DNA from: Actinomycetota bacterium
GTDB lineage: Bacteria > Actinomycetota > Acidimicrobiia > IMCC26256 > VFJJ01
Assembly (NCBI GenBank): GCA_009886115.1
Contig: VFJJ01000026.1
Span: 1 to 64,000 of the forward strand
Length of the DNA: 64,000 bases
Direction: 5' to 3'
The notes beneath the pieces are model-generated. The model had not been told where the DNA came from. It saw only the letters and a program-made list of their open reading frames with translations, and ran no database searches. The translations under genes were made by a program, and so were the position numbers. Below are positions 10,444 through 20,634 of this stretch, piece by piece; within the stretch, counting starts at the first letter, position 1, and each line of letters starts with the position of its first letter.

Positions 10444-11352
10444 TCACTGCGCCACCTCGGCGTCGGTCTCGGGCGCGGCGTCGGCCTCGGGCGCGATCTC
10501 GACCCCGGCCAGGACGCTGCGGGCCTGACGGGCCAAGGGCTCGTCGACCATCTGGCCCTCGAAAGCGATCGACGCCTCACCGCGGGCCTGGGCGGCGTCG
10601 TAGGCGTCGAGGATGCGTCGGGCCCGGTCGAGCTCGGCCGCGCTGGGGACGAATGCGGTGTTGGCCCACGTCACCTGGGCGGGATGGATGCACAGCTTCC
10701 CCTGGTAGCCGAGCGCCCGGCCCGCCGCGGCGTCACGGGCGAACAAGGCCTCGTCGGTGAGGACCGTCACCACCTGGTCGATCGCGGCGACACCGGCGAG
10801 ACGGGCGGCCATGGCCACCCGCGACCGGGCGTAGAGCACCTCGAGGCTGCCCTCGGTGCGCACGCCGCCGAGATCGGCGATGTAGTCCTCGGCTCCGAAG
10901 TAGCACCACGACACGACCGGGTGGGCTGCGATCTCGAAGGCCCTCACCGCTCCGGCGACGGTCTCGAGCCCGGCCACGATCTTGAGGTGGCCGAGGTCGC
11001 GTCGGTGCAACTCGGCGGCCACCACGTCGAGCTGCTCGACCGTCTCGACCTTCGGCACGACGATGCCGGTCAAGCTGGGGTGCAGCGCGGCGAGATCGTC
11101 GGCGAACCACTCGGTGGGCACGGCGTTGACCCTCACCATGATGACGAGCTTCGGCGACACGGCCCGCAGCTCGGGCGCGAGGGCGAGACAGTGCCGGCGC
11201 GCCTCGGCCTTGGCGCTCGGAGCCACGGCGTCCTCGAGGTCGAGCACGATGCCGTCGGCGTTGCTGCGCGGCATCTTGCGGATCACGTCGGGTTTCGACG
11301 CGGGTGCGAACAGGAGGCTGCGCAGGCGTGGCGCCGCAGTCGGGGTGCTCAT
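10444..11352 (-). CDS. CitE/HpcH-HpaI family CoA-ester lyase
   Basis: RSLLFAP, LDLEDAV, FGAEDY, GKLCIHPAQ, GQMVDEP. Confidence 0.9.
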   Translation of the reverse strand: MSTPTAAPRLRSLLFAPASKPDVIRKMPRSNADGIVLDLEDAVAPSAKAEARRHCLALAPELRAVSPKLVIMVRVNAVPTEWFADDLAALHPSLTGIVVPKVETVEQLDVVAAELHRRDLGHLKIVAGLETVAGAVRAFEIAAHPVVSWCYFGAEDYIADLGGVRTEGSLEVLYARSRVAMAARLAGVAAIDQVVTVLTDEALFARDAAAGRALGYQGKLCIHPAQVTWANTAFVPSAAELDRARRILDAYDAAQARGEASIAFEGQMVDEPLARQARSVLAGVEIAPEADAAPETDAEVAQ

Positions 11353-12167
11353 GCCGGCTCCCCTGCGGCCGAGAGCCCGGAAACGGCGGCGATCTGGCCC
11401 CGGAGGAACCCCTCCGGATCGGTGGCCTTGCGCACCAACGTCTCGTGCACCTGCGGATGGGCCAGGGCAAGGAACGTGTCGGTGCGGATCGCATCGACGA
11501 GCCGATCGGCGACCTCGGACGGTTGTTGGAGCGGCAGATCGGGCGACTGCACCGGACGGGGTGCGCCGTACACCGTGACCTGCTCGCTGATGTTGGTGAT
11601 GGTCGGGCCCGGGCACAGACAGGTGACGCCGATGCCTCGTGGCCGGACATACAACGAGAGGGCCTCGGCCATGGCGATCACGGCGGCCTTCGTGGCCGTG
11701 TATGGCAAGCGGTCGTACGAGTAGGAGTACAAGGCGTTCGTGGAGGCGGTGAACACCAGATGGCCGTCGCCCCGGGCCAGGAGGTAGGGCACGAAGACGA
11801 GGTTGCTTCGCACCGCCGAGAGGAGGTTCGTCTCGATGATGCGCCTCCATGCCTCGATGGGTATCGCCTCGGGAAGCCCGGCGGCGAGCACGCCCACGTT
11901 GTTCATCACGATGTCGATCCGGCCCAGCTCGGCCAGAGCCGTGTCGCGCAAGGGCTCGAACGCGTCGTCGACCGTCACGTCACAGACCCGTCCGATGCCG
12001 CGTCTGCCGGTCGCGCTCACCTCGTCGGCAACGGCACTCGCTCGATCGCCGTCGAGGTCGGAGACGAGCACGTCGACTCCCTGTGCGGCCAGGGCAAGCG
12101 CGCAGGCCCGTCCGATACCGCTGCCCCCGCCGGTGATGATGGCAACCCTCCCGCTCAGATCCCGCAT
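11349..12167 (-). CDS. short-chain dehydrogenase/reductase
   Basis: TGGGSGIG, NNVG, YTATK. Confidence 0.9.
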   Translation of the reverse strand: MRDLSGRVAIITGGGSGIGRACALALAAQGVDVLVSDLDGDRASAVADEVSATGRRGIGRVCDVTVDDAFEPLRDTALAELGRIDIVMNNVGVLAAGLPEAIPIEAWRRIIETNLLSAVRSNLVFVPYLLARGDGHLVFTASTNALYSYSYDRLPYTATKAAVIAMAEALSLYVRPRGIGVTCLCPGPTITNISEQVTVYGAPRPVQSPDLPLQQPSEVADRLVDAIRTDTFLALAHPQVHETLVRKATDPEGFLRGQIAAVSGLSAAGEPA

Positions 12168-12173
12168 GACCCG

Positions 12174-12179
12174 AGCCTA
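12174..12179 (-). promoter_or_regulatory. putative -10 box (TAGGCT) of a leaderless transcript
   Basis: TANNNT 6 nt before the ATG at 12167. Confidence 0.4.
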
Positions 12180-12205
12180 CGACGCGCCCCACCCCCCGGT
12201 TCTGT

Positions 12206-12240
12206 GTGCAGAAATCGTCGCCAGGCGACGATTTCTGCAC
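12206..12240. repeat. perfect palindrome, family B-related copy
   Basis: gtgcagaaatcgtcgcc-a-ggcgacgatttctgcac: 17-bp perfect arms, C-rich left flank and G-rich right flank. Confidence 0.85.
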
Positions 12241-12261
12241 GAATTTGGGAGGGGAGGGGTG

Positions 12262-13341
12262 TCAGCCGCCGGGGAGGAGGGCGGCGAGGCAGGCGGTGGC
12301 CTGGTTGTCGAGCCAATAGGTCTGATCGGGCGGCATGTGCCCCCGGGCCACCATGCGGTTCATGACCCTCACGACGATGGCCGTGTACCGGGCAGCAGCG
12401 AAGACCTCGTCGAACAGGGTGTCGCCGATGTCGCGGCCCAACGCTTCGCTGTAGCGGTCGCGTTGCTCTTGCCGGGTCGGTTCGCCGGCCAGACGGGGCG
12501 CGTCCATCATCTCGTGCGACCACCGGTCGAACATCAGCCACCAACCCAGGTCGTGCTCGGGGGGTGCCAGCGATGCCGCCTCGAAGTCGGTCACGCACAC
12601 GCAGCGGTCGTCGCGCCAGATCATGTTTCCGGGACGCGGGTCGCCCCACGCCAGCCCGACGGGGCGCGGCGCCGGCTCGTTCGCGTGGAGCCACGCCGTC
12701 GCCCGTTCGAGGAGGGGATGGCGGCGCCCATCGAGCTCACGTTGCGCGTAGTCGTCCCACACCCTGAGCTGACGGTGCGTTCCCGGCGTGGCGCCCGGCG
12801 GGTTCAAGAAGTCGAGGACCGTCGCGGGCCACTCGACGCGGTGCAGCCGGGCCAGCACCTCGAGGCCGTCGTCGATCATGCGCCGGCGGCGTTCGGGGGC
12901 GGCCTCGGCGAAGAACCCCTCGAGGGTGTAGATGGGACTCTCGATCGGCACCTGTCCGGCGATGAAGCCCATCACGAAGAACTGCGCCCCCAGCACGCTC
13001 GGGTCGGTCTCGAAGCCGATCAGCGGAGCTACGGGCACGCTCGAGTGCTCGGCGACGGCCGTCATCGCCTGCCACTGCACGGCGATCTCGACTGGGTCCC
13101 CCGCCGGCACCTGCACCGGGTACACGGCAGGGTCGGGCGTCTCGCGCCGCACCACGAACCGCTCGGCACGTGAGCCGGAGCTTCCTGTGGCGTCGTCGAC
13201 GATCGTGTCGACCATGAACGTCTCGGCCGAGAAGCCGCTCGTGGGCGTCGTGACGCCGACGACGGTCGCCGATCGGGCGCCGTCGAGACGCTCGCGCAGC
13301 CAGGGGCCCAACGAGGCGGTGATGCGCTCCTCTGCGGTCAT
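12262..13341 (-). CDS. APH-like phosphotransferase family protein
   Basis: SGFSAET, WGDPRPGNM, TDFEAASLAPPEHDLGWW. Confidence 0.85.
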   Translation of the reverse strand: MTAEERITASLGPWLRERLDGARSATVVGVTTPTSGFSAETFMVDTIVDDATGSSGSRAERFVVRRETPDPAVYPVQVPAGDPVEIAVQWQAMTAVAEHSSVPVAPLIGFETDPSVLGAQFFVMGFIAGQVPIESPIYTLEGFFAEAAPERRRRMIDDGLEVLARLHRVEWPATVLDFLNPPGATPGTHRQLRVWDDYAQRELDGRRHPLLERATAWLHANEPAPRPVGLAWGDPRPGNMIWRDDRCVCVTDFEAASLAPPEHDLGWWLMFDRWSHEMMDAPRLAGEPTRQEQRDRYSEALGRDIGDTLFDEVFAAARYTAIVVRVMNRMVARGHMPPDQTYWLDNQATACLAALLPGG

Positions 13342-13387
13342 GATCGGGTCATGGTCGAACGCTCCGAGTGGCCACGTGTTCCACGAT

Positions 13388-14302
13388 CTACTTGATGGCC
13401 AAGGGGTTGATGGGCGATCCGACCCCGCGGGACACCTTGAGCGGCGGGCCGCAGAAGAAGAACTCCCACACGCCGTCGGCGGCGCAGTCGGCGGCGAGCT
13501 CCTCGAGGTCGAAGATCTCACCCAGGGTCATGCCCATGTCGCGGATGAGCACCATGTGCACGGGCAGCATCGTGGTGCGGTCTTCCGCCGGGCACACCTC
13601 GATCGCGGCATTGTCGGAGCAGACTGCGGCCACGTCGCGAGCGTGGAGCCAGTCGCAACACGCCAGGCTCAGGCCGGGCTGCGCTCCCTGGAACGCCTTG
13701 GCGTTGCCGGTCTCGACGAACATGCGTCGCCAGCCCGTGCGGAAGACGACGATGTCGCCCGGCCCGACGCTCACGCCCTGACGCTCGGCCGCCTCGTCGA
13801 GATCGCCCGGGGTGACGGCCTGGCCGGCCGCGAGCCACGGCACACCCTTCAGCGCTGCGATGTCGAGCAGCACACCACGGCCGGCGACCCCCTTGGCCTG
13901 CTTGTCGATCCCGTTGTGCAACGCGCCCTTCGGCGTGACATCGCTGCTCGGGAACCCGTTGTAGAGATGGTCGTCGTAGAAGACGTGCGCCAGCCCGTCC
14001 CACTGGGTCGCAGCCTGGAGCGGCATGGCGATGTAGTCGTCGGCGTAGCGGAACCCCCCGGGGAAGTCCTGGCCGTGGCCGGTCGCGGCCATGAGGTGCG
14101 TGGGGTTGCTGCGCACGCCGCCCGGTTGCGGGCCGGTCTCGTCGAAGGCGATGCCGAGGTCGAAGACCTTGCCGGTACGGATGAGCGACGCCGCGGCGAC
14201 GAGCCGCTCGGGCGTGACGAGGTTCGTGGTGCCCCGCTCGTCGTCGGGACCCCACCGCCCCCAGTTGCTGAGCCGGGCCCCGATCGCGCGCTGGTCTTCC
14301 AC
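13388..14302 (-). CDS. cyclase family (kynurenine formamidase-like) metal hydrolase
   Basis: NWGRWGPDDERGT, QAATQWDGLAH, GRGVLLD, GSPINPLAIK. Confidence 0.9.
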   Translation of the reverse strand: MEDQRAIGARLSNWGRWGPDDERGTTNLVTPERLVAAASLIRTGKVFDLGIAFDETGPQPGGVRSNPTHLMAATGHGQDFPGGFRYADDYIAMPLQAATQWDGLAHVFYDDHLYNGFPSSDVTPKGALHNGIDKQAKGVAGRGVLLDIAALKGVPWLAAGQAVTPGDLDEAAERQGVSVGPGDIVVFRTGWRRMFVETGNAKAFQGAQPGLSLACCDWLHARDVAAVCSDNAAIEVCPAEDRTTMLPVHMVLIRDMGMTLGEIFDLEELAADCAADGVWEFFFCGPPLKVSRGVGSPINPLAIK

Positions 14303-14327
14303 CGTCTTGTGCTAGCACACGGAACGG

Positions 14328-14372
14328 ATTCCTCGCGCTTTCACACCGGGGGTGCGCGAAAGCGCGAAGAAT
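14328..14372. repeat. palindromic REP-like element, family A copy 2
   Basis: attcctcgcgctttcacaccgggggtgcgcgaaagcgcgaagaat, colinear with 7231-7275. Confidence 0.75.
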
Positions 14373-14418
14373 GGGGCCGGTTGGCGGATGCCGGCTGAGC
14401 ATCGGGAGCAGGGGCGGC

Positions 14419-16137
14419 ATGGACATCGTGATCCGGGGCGGGACGATCGTCGACGGGTCGGGCGCTGCGCCATACCGGGCCGACCTGCGGATCGCCGACG
14501 GTCGCATCGTCGAGATCGGCGACCTGCGAGTCGACGCCCGAGCCGGTGCCGGTGCCGGAGCCCAGGCCGGCGCGGGGGCCTCCCGGGAGATCGACGCGGG
14601 CGGGCTTTACGTGACGCCCGGCTTCGTCGACATCCACACCCACTACGACCCGCAGGTGCTGTGGGACCCGGCGCTCACGCCGTCGTGCTGGCACGGCGTC
14701 ACCTCGGTCGTGGCCGGCAACTGCGGCTACAGCATCGCACCCACCGCTCCCGAGGGCCGGGCCACGTTGCTGCGCACGCTCGACAAGGTCGAGGACATGC
14801 GCCTGGCCACCCTCGAAGCCGGGGTGTGCTGGGACTTCGAGACCTACCCCGAGTATCTCGACACGGTGGCCCGGCTGGGCACGATTGTGAACTTCGGCGG
14901 CTACGTCGGACACACCGCCGTGCGCATCTACGTGATGGGCGACGACGCCTACGAGCGAGACGCCACCGACGACGAGATCGCCCGCATGCGAGCGATCGTC
15001 GCCGACTCGGTGCGAGGTGGCGCGCTCGGGTTCTCGAGCGACCGCGCCGGGTTCCATCTCGGCGACGGTGGGCGACCCGTACCGTCGATCAGGGCGTCGC
15101 AGGCCGAGACCGAGGCGCTCATGGGGGTGTTGGGCGAGATCGGTCAAGGCGTGGTGCACGTGGCGCCGGGCGAGAACTACCGCTGGCTGTACGACTTCCA
15201 GCCCCGCCTGCGGCGCCGGCTCAACTGGTCGTCGATCCTCACCTATCCCGCCGCGGTGTCGAGAGCCGACTACCGCGACAAGCTCGCAGACCATCTCGCC
15301 GGGCGGGCCGCCGGGGCCGACGTGTGGGTGCAGGTGACCTGCCGGCCCATCACCCAGCTCATCGCCATGGGCGAGCCCACGGCCTTCTACGCCATGGGGG
15401 CCTTCAAGGAGCTGGTGGCGCGCGACCAGGTCGGACGGCGAGCGCTCTACGCCGATCGAGCGTGGCGCGACCGCGTGGAAGCCGATCTCGCCTCCAGCGG
15501 GCTGCTCGCAGCGCGGTGGGGCTCGACGACGGTCGTCGACTCGCCCAGCCGTCCCGATCTCGTGGGGCGATCGGTGGCGGCCATTGCCAGCGACCAGCGC
15601 TGCTCGCCGTGGGACGCCATGTGCGATCTGGCGATCGCCGATGCACTGGCGACGCGATTCGAGATCACGTTCGCCAACGACGACGTCGACGGCGTCTCCA
15701 ACCTGCTCCGCAGCGAGGGCGCCATCATGGGCCTCTCCGACGCCGGAGCCCACGTGGGACAGATCTGCGACGCCGTGATGCCCACCGACTTCCTGTCCCG
15801 CTGGGTGCGTGACCGCGGCCTGATGCCGATGGAGCGGGGCATCCGCAAGCTGACCGGCGAGATCGCCGATGTCGTCGAGCTCGACGGCGGCCGGGGCTAT
15901 CTCCGCGTCGGGGCTCCGGCCGACGTGCTCGTGCTCGACTGGGACGCTCTCTCGCCGGGACCCGTCCGCCGCGTCCACGACATGCCAGCGGGCGGCGACC
16001 GGCTGATCGCCGACGTTCCGACCGGGATCGAGCACGTCATGGTGAACGGCATCCCGATCCGCCGTGACGGCTCGGCACTCGACGAAGCCGAGACCGGTCG
16101 GCCGGGGACCGTTCTGCGCAGCCGCGCTCCTCGATGA
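14419..16137 (+). CDS. N-acyl-D-amino-acid deacylase-like amidohydrolase
   Basis: PGFVDIHTHYD, GVTSVVAGNCG, SDAGAH. Confidence 0.9.
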   Translation: MDIVIRGGTIVDGSGAAPYRADLRIADGRIVEIGDLRVDARAGAGAGAQAGAGASREIDAGGLYVTPGFVDIHTHYDPQVLWDPALTPSCWHGVTSVVAGNCGYSIAPTAPEGRATLLRTLDKVEDMRLATLEAGVCWDFETYPEYLDTVARLGTIVNFGGYVGHTAVRIYVMGDDAYERDATDDEIARMRAIVADSVRGGALGFSSDRAGFHLGDGGRPVPSIRASQAETEALMGVLGEIGQGVVHVAPGENYRWLYDFQPRLRRRLNWSSILTYPAAVSRADYRDKLADHLAGRAAGADVWVQVTCRPITQLIAMGEPTAFYAMGAFKELVARDQVGRRALYADRAWRDRVEADLASSGLLAARWGSTTVVDSPSRPDLVGRSVAAIASDQRCSPWDAMCDLAIADALATRFEITFANDDVDGVSNLLRSEGAIMGLSDAGAHVGQICDAVMPTDFLSRWVRDRGLMPMERGIRKLTGEIADVVELDGGRGYLRVGAPADVLVLDWDALSPGPVRRVHDMPAGGDRLIADVPTGIEHVMVNGIPIRRDGSALDEAETGRPGTVLRSRAPR

Positions 16138-17687
16138 GCGTCGTCAACGCGGCGACGTCAGGTCCGTCGCTGCTGCACGAGGTCCTCGACCGGGCGGCGG
16201 CTGGCACGCCCGATGCCCCGGCGCTCGTCCATCGCGCCAGCCGCTTCTCGTTCTCCCAGTTGGCTTCCCGGGTATGGGCGACGGCTGCGCTCGTCGAGGC
16301 CACGACCGATCCGGGAGATCGGATCGCCGTCGTCGGCGAGAACCATCCGGTGTGGGTCGAGTGCTATTACGGGGTTCCGGCCGTCTCGCGCCGACTGGTG
16401 TTCTTGAACCACCGCCTGGCCGACGCCGAGATCGCCGCGATCGTGCGGCGCTCGGGGGCCCGGGTCGTCGTGGGGCCCAGCGGGCTCGCCGACCGGTTGC
16501 GCGCCGCGCTCGTCGCCGACGGCCCTCCGCCGGTCGTCGTCGATCGCGACACGTGGACCGATCGGGTCGACGAGCATCTCGGCCGGAGACCGCCGGAGCA
16601 TGCGCGGGCGACCGACCCCGGGGCCACGGCATGGATCATCTATACGAGCGGCACGACCGCCAGCCCCAAGGGGGCCATGCTCACCCATCGAGGTGTGCTT
16701 GCCGCGGTGAACGCCACGGCGGGCTTGCGCCCCATGGCCGACGACGACGTGTACGTGTTCCCGTACCCGCTGTGTCACGTTGCCGGCTACAACGTGATCC
16801 ACTGCCATCTGCGGGGCCGGCCGGTCGTGTTGCTGGCCACGTTCGACGCTGCGGCGTTCGTCGATGCTGTCGACCACGAGGGCGCTACCACCTGTTCAAT
16901 GGCCGCCACCATGCTTGACAGTCTCCTGGACCATGTCGACGAGCATCCCGAAGCGCGGGCACGACTGCGAGGTCTGCGCTCGGTGGCCTACGGCGCCGCG
17001 CCGATGCCCGAGACCGTCCTGCGGCGCGCCGACGCCGAGTTGGGGATCGATTTCGCGCAGGGTTACGGGATGACCGAGCTCTCGGGTAACGCGGTCTTCC
17101 TGGGTCCCGACGATCATCGCCGTGGCCTCGCCGGCGACGGACGCCTCCTGCGCGCCGCCGGCCGCCCGGCTCCGGGGGTCGAGCTCCGCATCGTCGACGC
17201 CGACGACCGCCCCGTTCCGCCCGGCCGGGTCGGCGAGATCGTCATCCGAGCCGAGCAACTGCTCGCAGGGTATTGGGATGATCCCGAGACCACGGCCACG
17301 GCGTTCCGGGGAGGCTGGTTCCACACCGGCGACGTGGGCCGCATCGATGCCGACGGGCTGGTGTCGATCGTCGACCGGCTGAAGGACGTCATCGTCACCG
17401 GCGGCGAGAACGTGTCGTCGCTCGAGGTCGAGGAGGCCTTGCGTTCCCACCCGGCCGTCCGTGATGTGGCCGTGATCGGTCTACCCGACGAGCACTGGGG
17501 CGAACGCGTCTGCGCCGTCGTCGTGCCCGTGCCGGGCGCGCTGCTCGACGAGGCCGATCTGGTCGAGCATGCCCGGGCCCGTCTCGGAGGCTTCAAGATA
17601 CCCCGCCGGGTCGAGCTCGTCGCCGAGCTCCCCAAGAACGGCACCGGCAAGGTCATGAAGGCCGACCTGCGGGCCCGGTTCGGCTAG
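16134..17687 (+). CDS. acyl-CoA synthetase (AMP-binding)
   Basis: YTSGTTASPKG, GYGMTE, FHTGD, TGGENV, LPKNGTGK. Confidence 0.92.
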   Translation: MSVVNAATSGPSLLHEVLDRAAAGTPDAPALVHRASRFSFSQLASRVWATAALVEATTDPGDRIAVVGENHPVWVECYYGVPAVSRRLVFLNHRLADAEIAAIVRRSGARVVVGPSGLADRLRAALVADGPPPVVVDRDTWTDRVDEHLGRRPPEHARATDPGATAWIIYTSGTTASPKGAMLTHRGVLAAVNATAGLRPMADDDVYVFPYPLCHVAGYNVIHCHLRGRPVVLLATFDAAAFVDAVDHEGATTCSMAATMLDSLLDHVDEHPEARARLRGLRSVAYGAAPMPETVLRRADAELGIDFAQGYGMTELSGNAVFLGPDDHRRGLAGDGRLLRAAGRPAPGVELRIVDADDRPVPPGRVGEIVIRAEQLLAGYWDDPETTATAFRGGWFHTGDVGRIDADGLVSIVDRLKDVIVTGGENVSSLEVEEALRSHPAVRDVAVIGLPDEHWGERVCAVVVPVPGALLDEADLVEHARARLGGFKIPRRVELVAELPKNGTGKVMKADLRARFG

Positions 17688-17737
17688 GCGGGGATCGGCG
17701 GCTGGCGCCGGGGCCGATCGGCTGATCGAATGGCGCC

Positions 17738-18655
17738 ATGACCCTTGGAGCCGACTCGACGACCGACGACGTGTTGACGGGCGTCGACCTCACCGGACGG
17801 ACGGCCGTCGTCACCGGTGCGACGACCGGTATCGGGATCGAGACCGCCCGGGCCCTGGCCGCGGCGGGCGCGACCGTGGTGCTCACAGCTCGCGATGCCG
17901 TCAAGGGCGAGGCCGCCCGGCACACGATCGCCGGCGCCGTACCCGGCGCCGATCTCGACGTGGGCGTGCTGGAGCTGGGCTCGCTGGCCAGTGTGCGCGA
18001 GTTCGCTGCGTGGTGCACCGAGCGCCACCCCGCGATCCAGCTGTTGATCAACAACGCCGGCGTGATGATGACGCCGTTCGGTCGCACGGCCGACGGGTTC
18101 GAGACGCAGTTCGGCACCAACCACCTGGGCCATTTCCTGCTCACCAATCTGCTCGTGCCGTCGCTCCTGGCCGGTTCACCGTCGCGGATCGTGAACCTGT
18201 CCTCGGGCGGGCACCTGGGCTCCGACATCGTGTGGGACGACGTCAACTACGAACACCGGCCGTACGACAAGTTCGGCGCCTACGGGCAGTCGAAGACCGC
18301 CAACATCCTCTTCGCCGCCGAGCTCGACCGCCGGTTGTCGGCCAGCGGGGTGCACGCCTTCTCGGTGCACCCGGGCATGATCCCCACCGAGCTCGGCCGC
18401 CACATGACCACGGACGACTTCGCCGCGCTCAAGGAACGGGCGAAGCGCTCGCCCGGTGGTGGCGGGCTGCCGGCCTACAAGACGATTCCTGCGGGGGCCG
18501 CCACGTCGGTGTGGGCGGCCACCGCAGCGGAGCTCGACGCCCACGGGGGCGCGTACCTGGCCGACTGCCAGCTCGCGACCTCTGCGGCGTGGGCGAGCGA
18601 TCCCGATTCTGCCGCCCGGCTGTGGACGCTGTCGGAGGCGCTCGTCGGGCTCTGA
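17738..18655 (+). CDS. SDR oxidoreductase (retinol-dehydrogenase-like)
   Basis: TGATTGIG, NNAGVM, FGTNHLGHF, YGQSK. Confidence 0.9.
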   Translation: MTLGADSTTDDVLTGVDLTGRTAVVTGATTGIGIETARALAAAGATVVLTARDAVKGEAARHTIAGAVPGADLDVGVLELGSLASVREFAAWCTERHPAIQLLINNAGVMMTPFGRTADGFETQFGTNHLGHFLLTNLLVPSLLAGSPSRIVNLSSGGHLGSDIVWDDVNYEHRPYDKFGAYGQSKTANILFAAELDRRLSASGVHAFSVHPGMIPTELGRHMTTDDFAALKERAKRSPGGGGLPAYKTIPAGAATSVWAATAAELDAHGGAYLADCQLATSAAWASDPDSAARLWTLSEALVGL

Positions 18656-18758
18656 CGGCTCTCGGCTGTGCCCGACCAGCTTCGCGTGACACAGTGGTGG
18701 GCGTCCCAAGCACCGGCGCCCGACGCGACGCCGGTTCGCGCCCGCTCGAGGAGAGCCC

Positions 18759-20504
18759 ATGTACGACCTGATCGTCCGCAACGGCACCATCGTCGACGGC
18801 ACAGGCGCTCCCCGCTGCGTCGGTGACATCGCCATCAGCGACGGCGTGCTGGCCCAGGTCGGCGGCGTCGTCGAGGGCCCGGCACGCGAGGAGATCGACG
18901 CGACCGGGCTCGTCGTCACGCCGGGGTTCGTCGATCACCACACGCACTACGACGGTCAGGTCACATGGGACGACGTGCTCGAACCGACGTCGTGCCATGG
19001 TGTCACGACGATCGTCGTCGGCAACTGCGGCGTGGGCTTCGCTCCCGCCCGGCCCGACCGGCACCAGCAGCTCATCGAGCTCATGGAAGCGGTCGAGGAC
19101 ATTCCCGGCGCTGCGCTGGCCGAAGGGCTGGCCTGGAACTGGGAGACCTTCCCCGAGTACCTCGACGCGATCGCCGATCGGCGTTGGACGATGGACGTGG
19201 CCACCATGGTCACCCATGCCGCGGTGAGGGTGTACGTGATGGGCGATCGTGGAGCCCGCAACGAGGCTTCGACGGCCGCCGACATCGACGCCATGGCCCA
19301 GATCGTCCGGGAGGGCATCGCCGCCGGCGCCTACGGCTTCTCCACCTCGCGCACCCTCGGCCACACCACACGCGACGGCGAGCCGGTGCCGGGCACGTTC
19401 GCCGCCGAGGACGAGCTCTTCGGCATCGCCGCCGCGCTCAGCGATGCCCCCGACGCCATCTTCGAGATCGCCTCGCTCGGGGCGGCCGGCGAGGATCCCG
19501 AGGGGATGCGCAAGGAGCTCGACTGGATGCGCCGGGTGTCGCTCGAGTTCGGCACCAAGATCACGTACCTGCTCCTGCAGTACCAGTCTGCTCCGGAGAT
19601 GTGGAGGGTGTTGCTGAGCGACACGGCCGAGGCGATCGCCGACGGCGCCCGGATCGTGGCCCAGGTCGCCAGCCGGCCCTTCGGGATGTTGATCGGGTTC
19701 CCGAGCTACCACCCGTTCCAGAAGCGACCGACGTTCCAGGCGTTGAAGCAGTCGACGTCGTCGCCGGCCGAGTTGGCGGCCGAGCTGCGCAAGCCCGAGG
19801 TGAAAGCGGCGATCCTGGCCGAGCCCGACACCGCCGACAGCGGCACCCACTTCGACATGTTGGCCATCGGAATTCAGGCGCAGCTGGCCAACATGTACCC
19901 GCTGGGCTCCGACTGCGACTACGAGCCGACGGCCGACCGTTCCGTCGCGGCACTGGCCGCGGTCGCCGGGCGCGATGCCCTCGAGTACACCTACGACCTC
20001 ATGGTCGAAGACGACGCCCAGAACCTCCTGATGCTGCCGTTCTTCAACTACTCAGAGGGCAACCACGACGCGCTGCACGAGATGATGACCCATCCGACCA
20101 CGGTGCTGGGTCTGGGCGATGGCGGCGCGCACTGCGCCATGATCTGTGACGCGTCGATGCCCACGTACCTCCTCTCGCACTGGGTGCGCGATCGGAGCCG
20201 GGGCGCGCGACTCGAGCTCGAGGAGGCGGTCCGGATGCAGACGAGCGAGGCGGCCGGGCTCTTCGGCCTCTCCGACCGGGGCACCCTCGCCGTGGGTCAG
20301 AAGGCCGACCTCAACGTCATCGATCTCGACCGGATCGGCCTGGTCCCGCCGCGTGCCGTCGACGACCTGCCCGCTGGTGGACGTCGGCTCCTCCAGGCGG
20401 CGACGGGCTACGTGGCCACGATCGTGAGCGGCGAGGTGACGCGACGCGACGGCGCCGACACCGGGGCTCGCCCCGGCCGACTGCTGCGGAGCACTGCGAG
20501 CTGA
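18759..20504 (+). CDS. N-acyl-D-amino-acid deacylase-like amidohydrolase
   Basis: PGFVDHHTHYDGQ, GNCGVGFAP, GDGGAH. Paralog of 14419-16137. Confidence 0.9.
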   Translation: MYDLIVRNGTIVDGTGAPRCVGDIAISDGVLAQVGGVVEGPAREEIDATGLVVTPGFVDHHTHYDGQVTWDDVLEPTSCHGVTTIVVGNCGVGFAPARPDRHQQLIELMEAVEDIPGAALAEGLAWNWETFPEYLDAIADRRWTMDVATMVTHAAVRVYVMGDRGARNEASTAADIDAMAQIVREGIAAGAYGFSTSRTLGHTTRDGEPVPGTFAAEDELFGIAAALSDAPDAIFEIASLGAAGEDPEGMRKELDWMRRVSLEFGTKITYLLLQYQSAPEMWRVLLSDTAEAIADGARIVAQVASRPFGMLIGFPSYHPFQKRPTFQALKQSTSSPAELAAELRKPEVKAAILAEPDTADSGTHFDMLAIGIQAQLANMYPLGSDCDYEPTADRSVAALAAVAGRDALEYTYDLMVEDDAQNLLMLPFFNYSEGNHDALHEMMTHPTTVLGLGDGGAHCAMICDASMPTYLLSHWVRDRSRGARLELEEAVRMQTSEAAGLFGLSDRGTLAVGQKADLNVIDLDRIGLVPPRAVDDLPAGGRRLLQAATGYVATIVSGEVTRRDGADTGARPGRLLRSTAS

Positions 20505-20634
20505 TCCTCGTCGCCCGTTCGGTCGCCCTCTGAGTCCTCTGCGGCGCTGACACCGGGCACCTACCGTTTCCATCATCGAGTTGTATCGGCGACAGGCCGG
20601 ATGGCATTCGCGCCTGGTTCTGGAGAGAGACCTC

